DNA from: an uncultured Pseudomonadota bacterium
GTDB taxonomy: Bacteria; Pseudomonadota; Gammaproteobacteria; CAJXQU01
Length of the DNA: 64,000 nucleotides
Direction of reading: 5' to 3'
NCBI GenBank assembly: GCA_913058255.1
Contig: CAJXQU010000008.1
Location: 32,479 to 96,478 of the forward strand
The first letter of the stretch is position 1. Each line of letters starts with the position of its first letter. Below, piece by piece: positions 29,962-38,885 of the stretch. Under the pieces are notes generated by a model. The model worked only from the letters and a program-made list of their open reading frames with translations. It was not told the origin of the DNA and did no database searches. The translations under genes were made by a program, and so were the position numbers.

Positions 29962-31470
29962 ATGAATGCAAACCTAAAAGAATCTATAAGCGAAAATGCT
30001 GTTACACAGTTTCTTGGTCAAGAAACTGTACCTATGTTTATCGGAGGCCAATTCGTATCCCCTGAAGGATGTAAGACGATCGATGTGGTTAACCCTTCAA
30101 ATGCAGAAAAACTTACTCAAATCTTCGCCGGAAATGCAACACAAGTCGATCAAGCATGCAAAGCAGCAGATAAGGCTTTTAAAACTTCTAACTGGGCGAC
30201 AATGCCCGTAGAACAAAGATCTGCTCTGCTCATGAAACTTGCCGATCTAATTGAGGAGAATGCAGAAACACTTGGGGCACTAGAATCTCTCGATGTAGGA
30301 AAACCTTTAGCTGGCGCTATTGAAGGGGAAATTCCTTTCTCAGCAGGTGCGTTTCGTTATTTTGCACAAGTAGCTCTTGATTACGATAAGTATAGTGATC
30401 CTTTGGATGTTGATGGCATGGATTCACATTATGTTCGTGTTCCCTACGGTGTATGTGGGTTTATCTTTCCATGGAACTTTCCATTTTTATTATTAGCGTG
30501 GGGTACTTCCGCTGCGTTAGCTGCTGGAAATACCGTCGTGGTGAAACCAGCCGAACTAACCTCTTTAAGTACTTTATATCTTTGTAAGCTGGTTAAAGAA
30601 GCAGGTATCCCTGACGGTGTATTTAACGTGGTCACTGGATATGGCGTTGACAGCGGTATGCCTATTGCTGAACATCCATTGGTTCGAAAAATGGCTTTCA
30701 CTGGCTCCCCAGAAGTTGGGCGTATGATTGCTGAGACCTGTGGTCGAAACTTACTCCCTCTTAAATTAGAATTAGGTGGTAAAGGCGCTGCGGTCATTTT
30801 TGATGATGTCGATGTTAAAGAAACAGCTAAAAGTCTTGCAGAAATAATTACATCAAATACAGGTCAAGTTTGTTGTACTGCTAGTCGGTGGCTAGTTCAT
30901 GAAAACATTTATGAAGAGTTCTCGTCCGAAGTGAGCAAAGCTCTGGGTAAAACAGTAATCGGCAACAGTCATGGCGATAGTACTCAGATGGGGCCTGTTG
31001 TAAGTGAAGTTCAACGTCAACGTATCTTAGGTTATCAACAGAAAGGGCTGGACCAAAATGCCGAACTAGTTGTAGAAGGAAAAGCTCTTTCTCCAGAAGG
31101 TTCTGAAGATGGATTTTATCTAACTCCATCACTACTCAAAGGTGATTCTGATAATATCTGCTTCAAGGAAGAAATTTTTGGTCCATCCGCATTCCTCGTA
31201 TCATTTAATGATGAAGATTCTGCGATAGATATAGTGAACAGCTCTAGCTACGGTTTAGCCAATAGCGTATGGACTAAGGATTTAGATCGTGCGAAAAGAG
31301 TTGCTGAGAAAATGGTTGTAGGTAATGCTTGGATAAATGCCCACAATGTTTTTGCATACGGCTTGCCTTATGGTGGTGTTAACCTCAGCGGAATGGGTGG
31401 AGGAGTGAATAGTCTTGAGACTTTTGAAGATTACCTCCGTGGGCAAACAGTCGCACGCCCTTTAACTTAA
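29962..31470 (+). CDS. NAD(P)+-dependent aldehyde dehydrogenase
   Basis: 502 aa. ALDH motifs FPWNFP, ELGGKG and catalytic Cys in GQVCCTASR. Similar in size and layout to AcoD/ExaC-type acetaldehyde dehydrogenases. Confidence 0.9.
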   Translation: MNANLKESISENAVTQFLGQETVPMFIGGQFVSPEGCKTIDVVNPSNAEKLTQIFAGNATQVDQACKAADKAFKTSNWATMPVEQRSALLMKLADLIEENAETLGALESLDVGKPLAGAIEGEIPFSAGAFRYFAQVALDYDKYSDPLDVDGMDSHYVRVPYGVCGFIFPWNFPFLLLAWGTSAALAAGNTVVVKPAELTSLSTLYLCKLVKEAGIPDGVFNVVTGYGVDSGMPIAEHPLVRKMAFTGSPEVGRMIAETCGRNLLPLKLELGGKGAAVIFDDVDVKETAKSLAEIITSNTGQVCCTASRWLVHENIYEEFSSEVSKALGKTVIGNSHGDSTQMGPVVSEVQRQRILGYQQKGLDQNAELVVEGKALSPEGSEDGFYLTPSLLKGDSDNICFKEEIFGPSAFLVSFNDEDSAIDIVNSSSYGLANSVWTKDLDRAKRVAEKMVVGNAWINAHNVFAYGLPYGGVNLSGMGGGVNSLETFEDYLRGQTVARPLT

Positions 31471-31497
31471 GATCATTACTGACATTTCGTAACGTGT

Positions 31498-31530
31498 ATT
31501 GCGGCTACTGTTTATTAAAGTAGCCGCAAT
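31498..31530 (+). terminator. Hairpin after the aldehyde dehydrogenase gene (12-bp perfect stem, no clear T-tract)
   Basis: ATTGCGGCTACT-gtttattaa-AGTAGCCGCAAT. A second short hairpin, GTAGAG-tagctag-CTCTAC, follows. It may attenuate rather than terminate. Confidence 0.45.
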
Positions 31531-31656
31531 ATAAGTAGAGTAGCTAGCTCTACTACTAAGTTAAAATTTACTCCTAATGGTTCGACTCAGCATAAAGCTC
31601 TTAATTCATTTCCAATTATTTTGGACATCTTCTTACTTAACTTATAGAGTGTATAA

Positions 31657-32526
31657 ATGAACTATTTAAAATTATTTCTCACATTTTACTTCTCAGTATT
31701 CACTCTAGTCTGCCATGGTGAAATTGCTTCAGATACTTCACAACAGAGTCCTTTGGAAGAGAACTCTTTAGAAGATTATTGGGAGAATAATATAAAGAAT
31801 ATTTATTTTTCTGGAAAAGATATTATTGTTGATTCAAATCAGGACATAATAAAGTTAGAAGCTCCATATAGAGCAGAAGATCCTGCCATAGTACCAATTT
31901 CAATCCAAACCATGGTAGCCACCAATGAAAGTTTTGACATCATTAAAATTCATGTTTTTATTGACAAAAACCCTTCTCCATTAGTCGGTGTTTTTAAATT
32001 TTCAGAACTCAAAAGTAAAGCAGACCTTTCAATGAGAGTTAGGGTGAATGAGTTTACCTATATTCGTGCTATCGCAGAAACAAGTGATGGGAAGTTCTAT
32101 ATGACGAAGAAATTTGTAAAGGCAAGTGGAGGTTGTTCCGCCCCTCCCCCTCCTTCTGCCGCCAATGCTAAGTTATTAGGTAAAATGCGGACTAGAATTA
32201 TGGGAAGACTTGCATTGTCAAAACCAAATTTAGTTCAATTCAAAATCAAACATCCAAACTATTCAGGTTTAGAAATGGTCGCCCCAGGAAGTGAAAAAAC
32301 AAAACAAAATTTCATAAAGAATATAAAAGTTAGCCTAAACGATAAAACTGTCTTAGATGCAGATTTGACATTCTCTATAAGCACAGACCCAAGTTTTAGA
32401 TTTTATATAACTCCTGAAAAAGAAGGAACTCTAGAAATTGAGGCTACGGACACAGCTAACAATATCTTCACTCATAGCCATGTTGTTGATCATAATAATG
32501 TTTCTATAGCCATTCCATTAAATTAA
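31657..32526 (+). CDS. Periplasmic SoxY/SoxZ-fusion-like thiol carrier (quinoprotein-dehydrogenase-associated type)
   Basis: 289 aa. Signal peptide. The N-terminal half ends in KASGGCSAPPPP (Cys160, nt 32134-32136), resembling the SoxY GGC swinging-arm motif but placed internally. It is followed by a Pro linker and a SoxZ-like beta-sandwich half. Paralog of 61565-62374. Confidence 0.65.
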   Translation: MNYLKLFLTFYFSVFTLVCHGEIASDTSQQSPLEENSLEDYWENNIKNIYFSGKDIIVDSNQDIIKLEAPYRAEDPAIVPISIQTMVATNESFDIIKIHVFIDKNPSPLVGVFKFSELKSKADLSMRVRVNEFTYIRAIAETSDGKFYMTKKFVKASGGCSAPPPPSAANAKLLGKMRTRIMGRLALSKPNLVQFKIKHPNYSGLEMVAPGSEKTKQNFIKNIKVSLNDKTVLDADLTFSISTDPSFRFYITPEKEGTLEIEATDTANNIFTHSHVVDHNNVSIAIPLN

Positions 32527-33367
32527 GTTCTTACCTTGAACTTTGATTACGTTATTTACGCGTATTTGCTTAAAAATACCGTAACCTACTATTGTGTAGC
32601 GGAATGTCAGTAAAGATTCAATATCCTTCTAGTACTAGTAAGGTATTGTACCTATAATAGTTCGACCCCTACCCTCATACTGCATGAATATTGCGACAAT
32701 TGTTTACTAGCAACTGTCTAATACACACACATTGTCTTAAAACCTTTAGTTTCACCTCAACGCATACTGATATATTTTTATTAAATACATATATTTTTCA
32801 AAAGCTTAGTCAATTTACCCTTTCTTGGTAAGTAACTTTAACAAACTTGTCATATTCATATTCTCTGGCAAAAACATTACTAACCATGTTAGTTTCTAGT
32901 TATATTAACTACTAAAAGGCTATAAAGTATGCCCTTGAACCATAATAATACTCTGATTTGATGTTGCATAAATTAGCTATTATCGACTTATCTGCTAATA
33001 TCTAACCTTAATATACTTGGATCTACACTAGCTCTCGGCGATAGAAAAATAGAAAGTTCAGTCATAGCTCAACATTTTCGGTATTAGCAAAAACAACATG
33101 CATATCTTATATTACATTAGAGAAAAGGATTATAAGCTACCTATTTTAGTTATTAGTTTAGGTAAAAGTAACTTCTACTTAACTCTGAAAACAATAACTT
33201 TATTGTCCAACAGAGTTACTATAAAAAAACTAATCAACACTCTTACCTTTTCACATTTAGGTATGACAAAACAATTTTCTTAATCGTTTGATAAAATAAT
33301 TATCAATAATTTAGATATACAATGAAGTAAACAAACATATATCCAATAAATATACTGTTTTAATAAA

Positions 33368-35305
33368 ATGACATATACGACAAAAAAAAATCTACATGTT
33401 GATAAAATCCATAGTACGGTTTCATGCATGGTTGATGCATCAAACATAGAGTCCATGGTTGAGCGTTCATGGCACCGATGCATTGACGACTATGGACTTT
33501 CACCATCTAGTACCCCCTTACCTCATGTACTTGAAAAAATTGAACTCCGTGAATGTGAAGAACATTTTTCTAAGGCAAGAGAAATCTCTCAAAACAGTGT
33601 AAATAAGCTTTATGAGTTTATCGCAGATATAGGCTACACCATATTACTCACTGATAATAATGGCATAACACTCGACTGCCGTTATAACCTTGATCACGAA
33701 AACACATTAAAAAAACTTGGCCTATATCACGGCACAAATTGGTCTGAAAATATCTCAGGAACAAATGGTATCGGAACTTGTTTGGTTGAAAAATCTCCTG
33801 TTTTAATTCGTACTGGAGAACATTTCTTTCATGAGATGTTCAATGCTACATGTACAGTTTCCCCAATTTTTGACAGTAAAGGAAAAATAATGGCGGCTCT
33901 TAATGCCACAACCCTTCTGCCAGAAACAGCCAATCAAAATAAACTTATTTCACGTCTTGTTGAACAACATGCGATGCAAATCGAAATTTTGAATTTCATC
34001 CAAGATTTCAGCGATCATTGGATATTAAAATTTTCTACCGGTAATGATCTTACGAATATTATAAAAACAGGTATTCTGGCTGTTAATCAAGATGGCGTTA
34101 TCGTGGCCGGCAATAGAAACTCCTACAACCTTCTCTATAAAAAGAACAGAGCCGACTTAAATAATAAGTATGTCCATGATATATTTAAATCGAACTTTTC
34201 AGCAATGATTGATAACCACAATAAAAACATACCACTAAGGCATCAACTTACTACATTAGAGCACCAAGATACCTTTTTCTTTGAGCTTAGAGCACCTTCT
34301 CTTTCTCAAAAAAATAGCTCCTCACCTTCAAAGCAAAAAAGCAATTCAAAAGTAAAACAACCTCATTGTAAAGAACACCCGCATTTATCTGATTTAGCTG
34401 GAAATGATATTCACATGCAAATCATAGGAGAGAAGATAAAGAAAGTTATTAACTTAGATTTAAATATTTTACTTATTGGTGAGACAGGATCTGGCAAAGA
34501 AGCACTCGCTAAAGCAATACATCATGCAAGTGAGCGGCAAGATCAACCCTTCATTGCTATTAATTGTGCAGCAATACCTGAATCATTAATAGAAAGTGAA
34601 TTGTTTGGTTATTCTAGCGGTACTTTTACAGGTGGTCTCAAAAATGGTATGAAGGGCAAGGTTCTTCAAGCTAATGGTGGAACCCTATTTTTGGATGAAA
34701 TTGGCGATATGCCATTACACCTACAAACACGTCTCTTACGTGTACTCTCTGAAATGGAAGTCATCCCACTTGGTGAAACAACGCCAACTTATTTAGATAT
34801 ACAGCTTATTTCAGCAACCAACAAAAGTATCACCGAAATGGTTAAAAATAATACTTTCCGTAAAGATCTATACTATCGACTTAACGGTATCACCTTAGAG
34901 ATACCATCATTAAGAAATCGAACAGACAAACGAGAGTTAATTGTAAATATATTTAATGAATATTCATCATTAAAATCGACCTTATTATCGGAAAGCTCGC
35001 TAGACATATTAGAACATTATCAATGGCCTGGAAATATTAGACAATTAATTAACGTTGCAAAGTACTCTGCTGCAATGTGCACATCAGGTGAAATACAAGA
35101 TGAGCATCTTCCTAAAGAAATACGCTCTAACAAATCAAAAAATATTAAAGAAAACTTACAACATTCAGAGTATGAAATTCTTATAAACTGTCTGAAAATC
35201 AATAAGTGGAATATTACAAAAGTATCCAAACAACTGGGGATCTGCAGAGCGACTGTGTATAGAAAAATTAATAAATATAAAATAATTTTTCCAAATGATG
35301 AATAG
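33368..35305 (+). CDS. acoR: Sigma-54-dependent transcriptional activator, AcoR-like (GAF-type sensor plus AAA+ plus Fis HTH)
   Basis: 645 aa. N-terminal ERSWHRCIDDYGLSP as in AcoR. Walker A GETGSGKE, sigma-54 contact loop ESELFGYSSGTFTGG (GAFTGA variant), DEIGDMP and C-terminal HTH ITKVSKQLGICRATVYRKINKY. The true start is probably an internal Met (aa 21 or 30). Confidence 0.88.
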   Translation: MTYTTKKNLHVDKIHSTVSCMVDASNIESMVERSWHRCIDDYGLSPSSTPLPHVLEKIELRECEEHFSKAREISQNSVNKLYEFIADIGYTILLTDNNGITLDCRYNLDHENTLKKLGLYHGTNWSENISGTNGIGTCLVEKSPVLIRTGEHFFHEMFNATCTVSPIFDSKGKIMAALNATTLLPETANQNKLISRLVEQHAMQIEILNFIQDFSDHWILKFSTGNDLTNIIKTGILAVNQDGVIVAGNRNSYNLLYKKNRADLNNKYVHDIFKSNFSAMIDNHNKNIPLRHQLTTLEHQDTFFFELRAPSLSQKNSSSPSKQKSNSKVKQPHCKEHPHLSDLAGNDIHMQIIGEKIKKVINLDLNILLIGETGSGKEALAKAIHHASERQDQPFIAINCAAIPESLIESELFGYSSGTFTGGLKNGMKGKVLQANGGTLFLDEIGDMPLHLQTRLLRVLSEMEVIPLGETTPTYLDIQLISATNKSITEMVKNNTFRKDLYYRLNGITLEIPSLRNRTDKRELIVNIFNEYSSLKSTLLSESSLDILEHYQWPGNIRQLINVAKYSAAMCTSGEIQDEHLPKEIRSNKSKNIKENLQHSEYEILINCLKINKWNITKVSKQLGICRATVYRKINKYKIIFPNDE

Positions 35306-35434
35306 AGGAAATAACACTTGAACGTAGGGTTTCTGGGATTTAAATAGAAGTTAAAAACAGGCATGAAAGAACTTGAGAACCTTCTTCTTTTTTTATTTCC
35401 AGCCAAGATTTTTTCGTTTTTTTTATCTAAAAAA

Positions 35435-35700
35435 TTACTTTTTCAAAAATAAACCAGTAGTCGTTTCATCAATCATCTTAGCCGCAATACTTGATTTTTC
35501 TGGTAAAATCGGGGCAGCATGTACCAACAAAACCAATACATTCAACATCCGCACCTTAACACAACTCCCGTAATCAACTCTCTCTCATTTGTACCCATAA
35601 TACCTACCCCATGCCGCAGAGTAATTTCGTCAATCCTCCACACCACTGACCTTTCTCCACTTTTAGTGCCCAGAAGTTTATCTGTTTGAAGCGTATACTG
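35435..35700 (-). pseudogene. Dihydrolipoyl dehydrogenase 3' fragment (degraded duplicate of the lpdA end)
   Basis: About 70-75% nucleotide identity with 6024-6300, including the stop context AAAAAATTACTTTTTCA. Translation GADVECIGFVGTCCPDFTRKIKYCG*DD* aligns with LpdA GADAEDIGLSVHAHPTLSETLGFAAEMID. There are in-frame stops and deletions, and the catalytic His-Pro is lost. Confidence 0.75.
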
Positions 35701-35911
35701 AAAATAAACAATTCCCCTACGTTAATGGGAGTAAACTATGATAGTTCTACAAATAAAAGCCTAGATAAACGATAAGCTTAATTTATCTCTGTGTATTACT
35801 AAGGGCTAATTTAAATAAAATTTTCATGATGAAAACTTGAAGTCTTTATTAAACAATCGATGAGGTCTTATTCGCTATTTAGCAATCGTTAACTAAAGGA
35901 ATATTTTAAAG

Positions 35912-35976
35912 AATTAAAAAGGATCGGCCTTATAAATATTGAGAATAATATCAAAAAGATAATACAAAGGCCGATC
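35912..35976 (-). terminator. Possible terminator of the cpxP/spy-like gene
   Basis: GATCGGCCTT-(35 nt)-AAGGCCGATC, followed on the minus strand by CTTTTT. The loop is unusually long. Confidence 0.35.
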
Positions 35977-36033
35977 AATAGGGATATTTTTTAAATAAAT
36001 ATCAGTAAAATATTAATCATTTCAATTTCCAGA

Positions 36034-36348
36034 TCACTTATTATCCATACATCGTTCACCTTTTCTTGTGCGCATATTTTCATGCATCGCACGCATTTCT
36101 TTCATTTTTTCCATTTGCTCTTTTGTCAGAACTGCCTGTAACTTAATTTGAGTATCCTCATGTAAGGCACGTCGTTTTGTATGTTGTTCTTCCATAATGG
36201 TTGTAACCTGCTCTACTTGAGTGGAGTTCAACTGTAATTTTTCTGTCATCCGTTCAATCATATTTCCAATATGGCCACGTTGTGCAAAAGTCACGGCTGA
36301 AGTTGTAATCAATGCCGCGCTACCTAGAACTATAAATAATTTACGCAT
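36034..36348 (-). CDS. Periplasmic CpxP/Spy-family (LTXXQ) stress protein
   Basis: 104 aa. Signal peptide and two LTXXQ-type motifs (LNSTQVEQV, LTKEQMEKM). Divergent from a two-component system. Confidence 0.75.
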   Translation of the reverse strand: MRKLFIVLGSAALITTSAVTFAQRGHIGNMIERMTEKLQLNSTQVEQVTTIMEEQHTKRRALHEDTQIKLQAVLTKEQMEKMKEMRAMHENMRTRKGERCMDNK

Positions 36349-36513
36349 TTTAATTCTCCTAATCTAATTGACTGTTGTTGTAGCTGTTAGTTAATGTTTA
36401 CGCTAGACAGTTTGCAACTAACTTATGTAGAGAGTTTCAAGAGAATGTGAAGAAACTATGAATATTATGTTCCGTTACTCAGTATATATTGAGAGCATGT
36501 TATAAAGTAGACT

Positions 36514-37941
36514 ATGAAAATTCGCATCTGGCATAAACTCGCGCTTGTTTTACTGTTAACCACCACTTTAGTCATATCGATCGCTTTTGTTCTTGCACAG
36601 TTGAGCTTTCGACAGGACTTTAGTGGCTATATAAAAGGGCAACAAGAAAGACAAGTACAACTTCTGAGCGAACGGCTGGTCGAAAATTACGAACAAGCAG
36701 GCAGCTGGAGTTTTTTACGTAAAAATCCACGCCTGTTTCGATTAATCATTCGAGAATCATTTAGAAATGAACAGGCTACTTTTACAGCACCCCCAGTAAG
36801 ACATGAAAAACCTGTTCCTCCTTTTGATCCACCACCGCGGTTTCGACCACGCCATGCTTCACGGATGGCGATATTAGATCAAGATAAAAACAATGTATTA
36901 GGCTCTTTAGAATCTGGCCCATCAATTGAAGACTTTCCTATCAAATCTATGAGTAAAACGATTGGCTATATACGGATACGCTCCATTTCGAACTTAACCA
37001 ATAAACTCGATGAACGTTTTATAAAAAGTCAATTTCATTCATATCTAGGAATTGGTGTTATTGCCTTTTTCTTATCACTAATCGCAGCCTGGCTACTTTC
37101 AAACTACTTCCGTCGACGTTTTGTTGAATTAACTAAGATTGCAAATGATCTAACGGCCGGCCAGTTTGAACAAAGAATTAATATAACGCATAACGATGAA
37201 CTAGCAGACTTGGGGCGTAACTTTAATGTGCTTGCCGATACGCTTGAGAAAAATCGTTATTCTCAGAAACAATGGATTGCCGATATTTCACATGAGCTTC
37301 GTACTCCTTTGGCTATCCTATGTGGTGAAATTGAAGCATTACAAGATGGTATTCGTCCTCTTGATAAAGCCGCAATTAAATCACTCTCAGGTGAAGCATC
37401 CCATTTGAACTATCTTGTCAATGATCTCTACCAACTCTCTCTATCAGATTTAGGCAAGTTAGGTTATAAAAAATCTGTTATCGATCTAACTGAAATTCTA
37501 GATCGTGTGATTGCTCAGTATCATTCCAGGCTATTAGAGCATGATTTAAACCTTGAGAATCGGATAGAACAATTTAAACCCATATCTATTTTCGGTGATG
37601 AACAACGCTTTATGCAATTGTTTTCTAACTTGATAGACAATGCGATTAAATATACCAATCAAGGTGGCTTAATTATTATCGATTTAGAACAAACAGATCA
37701 CAATATTCTTCTCACTTTTGAAGACTCTACCCCAGGCCTCTCCACTGAAAACTTATCCAAGATGTTTAATCGTCTCTATCGAGCAGAACCATCTCGCAAT
37801 CGAAACACTGGAGGTGCTGGACTTGGCCTAGCTATAGCATCTGCCATTATCGAGGCTCACGGTGGAAAGATTAGCGCCTCAGACTCGATGCTAGGAGGTA
37901 TCAAGCTTTCTATACAACTGCCTCTCTATACTCATCCCTAA
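36514..37941 (+). CDS. Sensor histidine kinase (BaeS/CpxA-like; TM-periplasmic-TM-HAMP-HisKA-HATPase)
   Basis: 475 aa. Two TM segments, H-box ISHELRTPLA, N-box DNAIKYT and G-box GGAGLGLAI. Confidence 0.88.
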   Translation: MKIRIWHKLALVLLLTTTLVISIAFVLAQLSFRQDFSGYIKGQQERQVQLLSERLVENYEQAGSWSFLRKNPRLFRLIIRESFRNEQATFTAPPVRHEKPVPPFDPPPRFRPRHASRMAILDQDKNNVLGSLESGPSIEDFPIKSMSKTIGYIRIRSISNLTNKLDERFIKSQFHSYLGIGVIAFFLSLIAAWLLSNYFRRRFVELTKIANDLTAGQFEQRINITHNDELADLGRNFNVLADTLEKNRYSQKQWIADISHELRTPLAILCGEIEALQDGIRPLDKAAIKSLSGEASHLNYLVNDLYQLSLSDLGKLGYKKSVIDLTEILDRVIAQYHSRLLEHDLNLENRIEQFKPISIFGDEQRFMQLFSNLIDNAIKYTNQGGLIIIDLEQTDHNILLTFEDSTPGLSTENLSKMFNRLYRAEPSRNRNTGGAGLGLAIASAIIEAHGGKISASDSMLGGIKLSIQLPLYTHP

Positions 37942-37959
37942 CAACGAGAAGAGGACATA

Positions 37960-38652
37960 ATGACAACTAAACAACACGCTCTCATCATTGAAGATGAACC
38001 AAAAATAGCGCATATTTTGATCGACTATTTACAAGCTAATCATTATAAAACGACATGGCTTAATAATGGTTTGGACGTTATAAAATGGTTAGACGAAAAC
38101 TCAACAGATATTATCTTGCTAGATCTCATGCTGCCGGGTAAGGATGGCATAGAAATCTGCCAAGAAGTACGAGAGTTTTCCCAAGTTCCTATCATGATGA
38201 TAACCGCAAGGGTTGAAGAAATTGATCGCATTCTTGGTATGGAAATTGGTGCTGATGATTATATGTGTAAACCATTCAGCCCACGAGAAGTCATCACGCG
38301 TGTAAAAGCACTACTTCGCCGAGCGAATTTTTCCGCACAAACATCCTCACTTCAATCAAAATTAAGCTTAAATACTGAAAAGTTTGAGGCAAAGTTTCAT
38401 GATCAACTGCTCGAACTAACTCCCGTAGAATTTCGCCTGCTCGATGTTCTATCAGCAAAGCCCGGCTTTGTCTTTTCTCGTCAAAGGTTGATGGATCATG
38501 TCTATGATGACCACCGTGTGGTCAGTGATCGAACCATGGATACACATATAAAAAATCTTCGCAAAAAACTCCAGAGTGTCAGAGGAGATGCAGAAATGAT
38601 ACGTTCAATATATGGCATCGGTTATAAATTTGATGACAGCAACTTAATCTAA
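37960..38652 (+). CDS. OmpR-family response regulator (BaeR/CpxR-like)
   Basis: 230 aa. Receiver domain (DEP...LLDLMLPGKDG...KPF) and winged-helix output (LTPVEFRLL...IYGIGYKF). Confidence 0.9.
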   Translation: MTTKQHALIIEDEPKIAHILIDYLQANHYKTTWLNNGLDVIKWLDENSTDIILLDLMLPGKDGIEICQEVREFSQVPIMMITARVEEIDRILGMEIGADDYMCKPFSPREVITRVKALLRRANFSAQTSSLQSKLSLNTEKFEAKFHDQLLELTPVEFRLLDVLSAKPGFVFSRQRLMDHVYDDHRVVSDRTMDTHIKNLRKKLQSVRGDAEMIRSIYGIGYKFDDSNLI

Positions 38653-38885
38653 TCTCATAAAACTATCACTTTTTTACTTCAAAAATCCACACAAACAACT
38701 CTCAGTACGCTATAGATTAAGGCAAAGATGCCTTTGACTAAAGTAATTATAATCTTTACCGACATATACTCTGTCAACGTAACAATTTTATGTCTATAGG
38801 CGGACCTATAAGAATAGATTAACTGTGACCACTAAAATTTATATGTGTATTTTAACGAACTTACCTTTGGGAGGGTGAGTGCTAT

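Noticed and set aside
31621-31638. Sigma-54-like element TTGGACATCTTCTTACTT upstream of the SoxYZ-like gene
   Set aside because: The GG-N10 spacing lands on AC, not GC (TTAC instead of TTGC at -12), and it is only about 20 nt from the start codon. The gene is more likely read through from the promoter at 29867.
35373-35573. 66-aa plus-strand ORF after the AcoR-like gene
   Set aside because: It runs antisense through the lpd pseudogene fragment and is low-complexity (F/K-rich).
36396-36415. Direct repeat GTTTAC-N8-GTTTGC in the cpxP-like / histidine-kinase spacer as a CpxR/BaeR box
   Set aside because: The repeat period is 14 nt, not the ~10-11 nt expected for OmpR-family tandem sites (CpxR GTAAA-N5-GTAAA), so it is too weak to call.
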